The translations under genes and the position numbers were made by a program. The notes beneath the pieces are model-generated. The model was not told the origin of the DNA. It searched no databases and saw only the letters and a list, made by a program, of their open reading frames with translations. Source: Sedimentisphaerales bacterium (GTDB lineage Bacteria > Planctomycetota > Phycisphaerae > Sedimentisphaerales > SM23-30). Taken from it: a DNA stretch of 64,000 nucleotides. The stretch lies in NCBI GenBank assembly GCA_963663965.2, contig CAXXFK010000025.1:32001-96000 (forward strand). The letters are read 5' to 3'. Below are positions 60,127 through 64,000 of the stretch, piece after piece. Position 1 is the stretch's first letter. Every line of letters starts with the position of its first letter.

Positions 60127-63100
60127 ATGAGACAAAAAATAAAGATCTGTCTGACGTTATTACTAGTTTTTATTGTTAGCAGGCTGGTACAGGCGGGCAA
60201 TTCGGGTCTGACGCACCGATACAGTTTTAATGATGGGACCAGTCGTGATTCTGCAGGCGGCGCTGATGGCGTTCTGGTCAATCGGACTGGTGGATCTTAT
60301 TATATTGATGGTCAGGTGGTTCTGGGTAATGATGGCAGCCAGTTATCGAATGGCGCTAACGGAGACTTTATCGATCTTCCCAATGGGATTATCTCGGAAA
60401 ATGGCGATCAGGCGAGTTTTGAGTTCTGGCTGACCTGGCAAGACGATGCCCAGAAGACCTGGCAGGAATTTGTGTCGTTTGGCGCCAGCGATGAGGGGGA
60501 AAATTTCAGTACGGGAGGACAACATTCGACGTATATTATGATGACGCCCAAGGCCAATAATGACCAGTTACGTTGCGGCTACCGTTATGGCCCTGCTCAG
60601 AACGAACATTTTTTGAATGCCGGTTCGTTAATGGCGCTTTATGAAGAGGTTCATGTGGCCGTCAGCTGGGATGCGCAAAGGGGGCGAGCGGCACTGTTTG
60701 TGAATGGTGAACAAGTTGCACAGAACAGTATTCATTTTTCGCTGGCGAATGATCTGGATGATGTTAATAACTGGCTGGGACGTTCGCAGTGGGATGATCC
60801 CATGTTCAGCGGGTCTTATAATGAAGTACGAATCTATAACCGGGCGCTGACGGCCGCGGATGTCAAGGCGAATGATCTGGCCGGGCCCAACGCGATGCCT
60901 GCCAGTCAGCCCAGTCCGCCGGATAACGCGATCGGAGTGGCATCTGACGCGGTTTTGAGTTGGCTGCCGGGTGAAATTCTGCCGGGAGGTTTGGTGGGGT
61001 ATGATATCTACCTGGGAGAGGATGTGGATTTGGTAGCAAATGCCGGAACAAACGATACCACCGGGATTTATCGCGGCTTTTTCCTGCCGGGAGTGACTCA
61101 ATACGATCCACCGGTGGATATTCAACTGAATAAGGATTATTTCTGGCGAATCGATGAACGCACCCATGTTGGGACAATTAAGGGTGCGATCTGGCGTTTT
61201 GGCGCGCCAAAGCAGTGGGAAATGAAACAAGCGCCGTTGATGACGCCCTGGGCGGATGATATAGACCCGGAAAATGTATTGCCGGAGTATCCCCGGCCGC
61301 AGATGGTGCGTGAAAATTGGATGAATTTAAATGGCATCTGGCAGTATGAGCCCGGGATTCTGGATGATAATGTGCCATCCGGGCGTGATTTGAGCGAAGA
61401 GATTCTGGTGCCGTTCCCGGTGGAATCGGCCATTTCGGGCGTGATGGAACACCATGACCGTTTATGGTATCGTAAAATGGTTACTTTGCCGGAAAACTGG
61501 CAGGGGCAGACAATATTGTTGCATGTCGAGGCATCTGACTGGGAGACGGAGGTTTATGTCAATAATCACAGCGCGGGCGTGCATCGGGGCGGATATAATC
61601 CGTTTTCATTCGATATTACTCCCTATTTAGTGGCCGGAACGGAACAGGAAATTATTGTGCGGGTGTATGATCCCACGACAGCCGCTCGGGGTAAACAGAC
61701 GCTATCGCCAAGCGGGATCTGGTATACGTCGGTAACGGGGATCTGGAATACGATCTGGCTGGAGCCGGTGAATCCGGTTTATATCGAAGATCTGGAGATG
61801 GTCCCGGATGTGGACGGCGGGCAACTGATACTGACAGTTGAAAGCAATACTGCCAATGGCAATTATGGCATCCACGCGGTGGCGCGTGCCGCTGGTCTGA
61901 TTGTGGCCGATGTAACTGGGGCAGTGGGTGATACCCTGAATCTGCCGATACCCAACGCACGGTTGTGGTCTTATTACGATCCGTTCTTGTATGATCTGGA
62001 CGTTGAGCTCACTTATAACGGTCAGGTGGTGGACCGGGTTGACAGCTATTTTGGCATGAGAAAGATCGAGTTGAAACCGATTGACGGGCATCAACGGATC
62101 TGTCTGAATGGCGATTTTATCTTCCAGATTGGTCCGCTGGACCAGGGATACTGGCCGGACGGGTTGTATCGGGCGCCGACTGATGAGGCGCTAAAGTGGG
62201 ATCTGGATATGATCAAGGCTTTTGGTTTCAATATGTTACGTAAACACGTGAAAGTGGAGCCGAGGCGGTGGTATTACTGGGCGGATAAAATGGGGATTCT
62301 GGTCTGGCAGGATATGCCCAGTACCAACAGCACCCCGAGCGGCGCGCAGCAGGTGCAGTTTGAAGCGGAACTGGCCGAGATGATCCGGGATCATCGTAAT
62401 CATCCTTCGATTATCATGTGGGTGGTCTTTAATGAGGGCTGGGGCCAGTACGATACGGTTCGGGTGACGGAATGGACGATGGGGTTGGATCCGTATCGGC
62501 TGGTGAGTTGCGCCAGCGGCTGGACCGATTATGAAGTGGGTCATATCCGTGACCGTCATTCGTATCCATCGCCGGGGGCGCCGCCGGTAACGACTACGCG
62601 CGCGATGGTATGCGGCGAATATGGCGGAATTGGCTATCGGATCGCCGATCACCTGTGGGATCAGGACCCGTGGGGCTATACGACGGTGAGTTCTTCGGAT
62701 GAGTTAGAGAATCTGTATGGCTCGTATTACAGCGCGCTGATCAGTCTGATCGACGATCCGGGACTGGACGCGGGGGTTTATACCCAGATTACCGATGTTG
62801 AAAATGAGGTTAACGGGTTGATAACCTACGACCGTAAAGTGATTAAGGCGGATCCGGAGGATATCGCGCTGATTCATCAGATGCTTTATTCGAAGTTGTA
62901 TGTGGCGGTACCGACATCTGAAAATGAGCCGCAAACCTGGCGTTATCGAACGAATTCGCCTTGGTCGAACTGGTATCGAAGCTGGTATAACGATTCGAAC
63001 TGGAACAGCGGCGAGGGCGGTTTTGGTACTGCCGGTACGCCGGGGTCAGTCGTACGGACGGAATGGAGCAGCAGTGATATCTGGCTGCGGCGTCAGTTTG

Positions 63101-63501
63101 CCGGGCCGGTATTGACTCCGGAAGAAATCAGCCGGTTGACGCTCTGGATCCATCATGATGAAGGCGCGGAGATCTATCTGAATGGTGTGCCGGCGGCGAC
63201 GGTTGGTGGATATACCACGGGTTACGGGCCGGTGGCGATCAGCAGTGAAGCCAAGGCGGCTTACTTGTCTGGACAGATCAATTTGCTGGCGGTGCATTGT
63301 CATCAGACGACTGGCGGTCAGTATATCGATGTGGGGCTGGCGTACCGGGGTTGTATCTGCGCGCCGGGTGAATGTCTGGATTTGACTGGAGATGATATGA
63401 CTTCGGTTGAGGATTTGATTGTGTTGTCGCAGGACTGGCTTGATCCTTATACCATCGTTGATTTTGACCGGATGTCTTCGAACTGGAATATCTGCCGGTA
63501 A
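60127..63501 (+). CDS. LamG + GH2 glycoside hydrolase with dockerin-like tail
   Basis: N-terminal LamG HRYSFNDG...NEVRIYNRAL; EYPRPQ, GPLDQGYWPDG, NEGWG, GEYGG; DLTGDDMTSVEDL. Confidence 0.9.
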   Translation: MRQKIKICLTLLLVFIVSRLVQAGNSGLTHRYSFNDGTSRDSAGGADGVLVNRTGGSYYIDGQVVLGNDGSQLSNGANGDFIDLPNGIISENGDQASFEFWLTWQDDAQKTWQEFVSFGASDEGENFSTGGQHSTYIMMTPKANNDQLRCGYRYGPAQNEHFLNAGSLMALYEEVHVAVSWDAQRGRAALFVNGEQVAQNSIHFSLANDLDDVNNWLGRSQWDDPMFSGSYNEVRIYNRALTAADVKANDLAGPNAMPASQPSPPDNAIGVASDAVLSWLPGEILPGGLVGYDIYLGEDVDLVANAGTNDTTGIYRGFFLPGVTQYDPPVDIQLNKDYFWRIDERTHVGTIKGAIWRFGAPKQWEMKQAPLMTPWADDIDPENVLPEYPRPQMVRENWMNLNGIWQYEPGILDDNVPSGRDLSEEILVPFPVESAISGVMEHHDRLWYRKMVTLPENWQGQTILLHVEASDWETEVYVNNHSAGVHRGGYNPFSFDITPYLVAGTEQEIIVRVYDPTTAARGKQTLSPSGIWYTSVTGIWNTIWLEPVNPVYIEDLEMVPDVDGGQLILTVESNTANGNYGIHAVARAAGLIVADVTGAVGDTLNLPIPNARLWSYYDPFLYDLDVELTYNGQVVDRVDSYFGMRKIELKPIDGHQRICLNGDFIFQIGPLDQGYWPDGLYRAPTDEALKWDLDMIKAFGFNMLRKHVKVEPRRWYYWADKMGILVWQDMPSTNSTPSGAQQVQFEAELAEMIRDHRNHPSIIMWVVFNEGWGQYDTVRVTEWTMGLDPYRLVSCASGWTDYEVGHIRDRHSYPSPGAPPVTTTRAMVCGEYGGIGYRIADHLWDQDPWGYTTVSSSDELENLYGSYYSALISLIDDPGLDAGVYTQITDVENEVNGLITYDRKVIKADPEDIALIHQMLYSKLYVAVPTSENEPQTWRYRTNSPWSNWYRSWYNDSNWNSGEGGFGTAGTPGSVVRTEWSSSDIWLRRQFAGPVLTPEEISRLTLWIHHDEGAEIYLNGVPAATVGGYTTGYGPVAISSEAKAAYLSGQINLLAVHCHQTTGGQYIDVGLAYRGCICAPGECLDLTGDDMTSVEDLIVLSQDWLDPYTIVDFDRMSSNWNICR

Positions 63502-63524
63502 TCATTATCTCTATTTCCAAAAGC

Positions 63525-63551
63525 AAAGGCGGTCTGATGGCCGTCTTTTTT
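63525..63551 (+). terminator. Intrinsic terminator
   Basis: AAAGGCGGTC-TGAT-GGCCGTCTTT stem with G-U pairs, followed by a T-run. Confidence 0.7.
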
Positions 63552-63619
63552 ATTGCGCGGAGCGAACCAGATATTATGATGGCTTGACCTGAGGGGCGGC
63601 TGGGGGGGTATGCTTTTGA

Positions 63620-63930
63620 ATTATGGTTCGGTAAAATGCCGTAATTATCTTTATAGTAGATTGTTATGCGGCAAAAAATTTTTTTTGGGTTCGTTTAGTT
63701 TGGGGGTGTCAATGGGTAGTTGGAGTTATGAGCCGGTGGATTGATGTTGGGTTTACTGGTGGCTATGGGGTTGGGCGGCCAGGCGCCTATGGTTGATATG
63801 GCCGGGTATATGGCCGGTGGGGGTGTTAAAATAGGCAGGATTGGCTTCGTTTGGCATAGGGGTGAGGGGGGCAGACGAGGCGGCACTCATTGGGCGGCCC
63901 AGTGGATGTACCGAGTTATTGTATTATAGC
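63620..63930 (-). repeat. G/T-rich non-coding field with inverted copies of the CAAACGAASCCAAT motif
   Basis: TTGGGTTCGTTT at 63685-63696 and ATTGGCTTCGTTTGG at 63840-63854. Confidence 0.6.
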
Positions 63931-64000
63931 AATAAGTTTGCTAGATGTCAAAATAATTATTTAATATTGTGTTTAGAAAATTTTTGGATTGTGTGTGGTC

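Noticed and set aside
63695..63929. ORFs at the right edge
   Set aside because: Low-complexity translations of skewed, motif-bearing non-coding DNA.

Overview
Bacterial chromosomal segment. The gene content (H-X9-DG prepilin-like proteins, PEP-CTERM, dockerin-like C-terminal tails, an ECF/FecR pair, Gfo/Idh/MocA plus HEAT proteins) suggests Planctomycetota, probably Phycisphaerae; this is inference. About 40 CDS: housekeeping genes (ettA, argH, thiL, tsaE, pcp, dcp-like M3 peptidase, SNF2 helicase), CAZymes (GH51, GH13, two GH2, a BNR sialidase-like protein), a YtrA-GntR/ABC operon with a clear palindromic operator, and an ECF/anti-sigma/GH2 locus. No rRNA, tRNA, CRISPR array or transposase was seen. 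Most notable: (1) an 'NAQKSTGPKT' hypothetical gene within an oriented CAAACGAASCCAAT motif field that recurs inverted at the right edge and follows local GC-skew polarity; (2) intergenic mosaics of nested micro-hairpins, including an apparent filled/empty site pair; (3) a sulfur-relay operon with an exported MBL-rhodanese protein ending in a Cys-tipped flexible arm, a split YeeE/YedE and a YeeE-triple-rhodanese fusion; (4) a solo EVE-like plus PD-(D/E)XK candidate modification-dependent nuclease. Two genes (M3 peptidase, alpha-amylase) carry single-base homopolymer frameshifts that are probably assembly errors. All family calls come from motif recognition by eye; no database searches were run.
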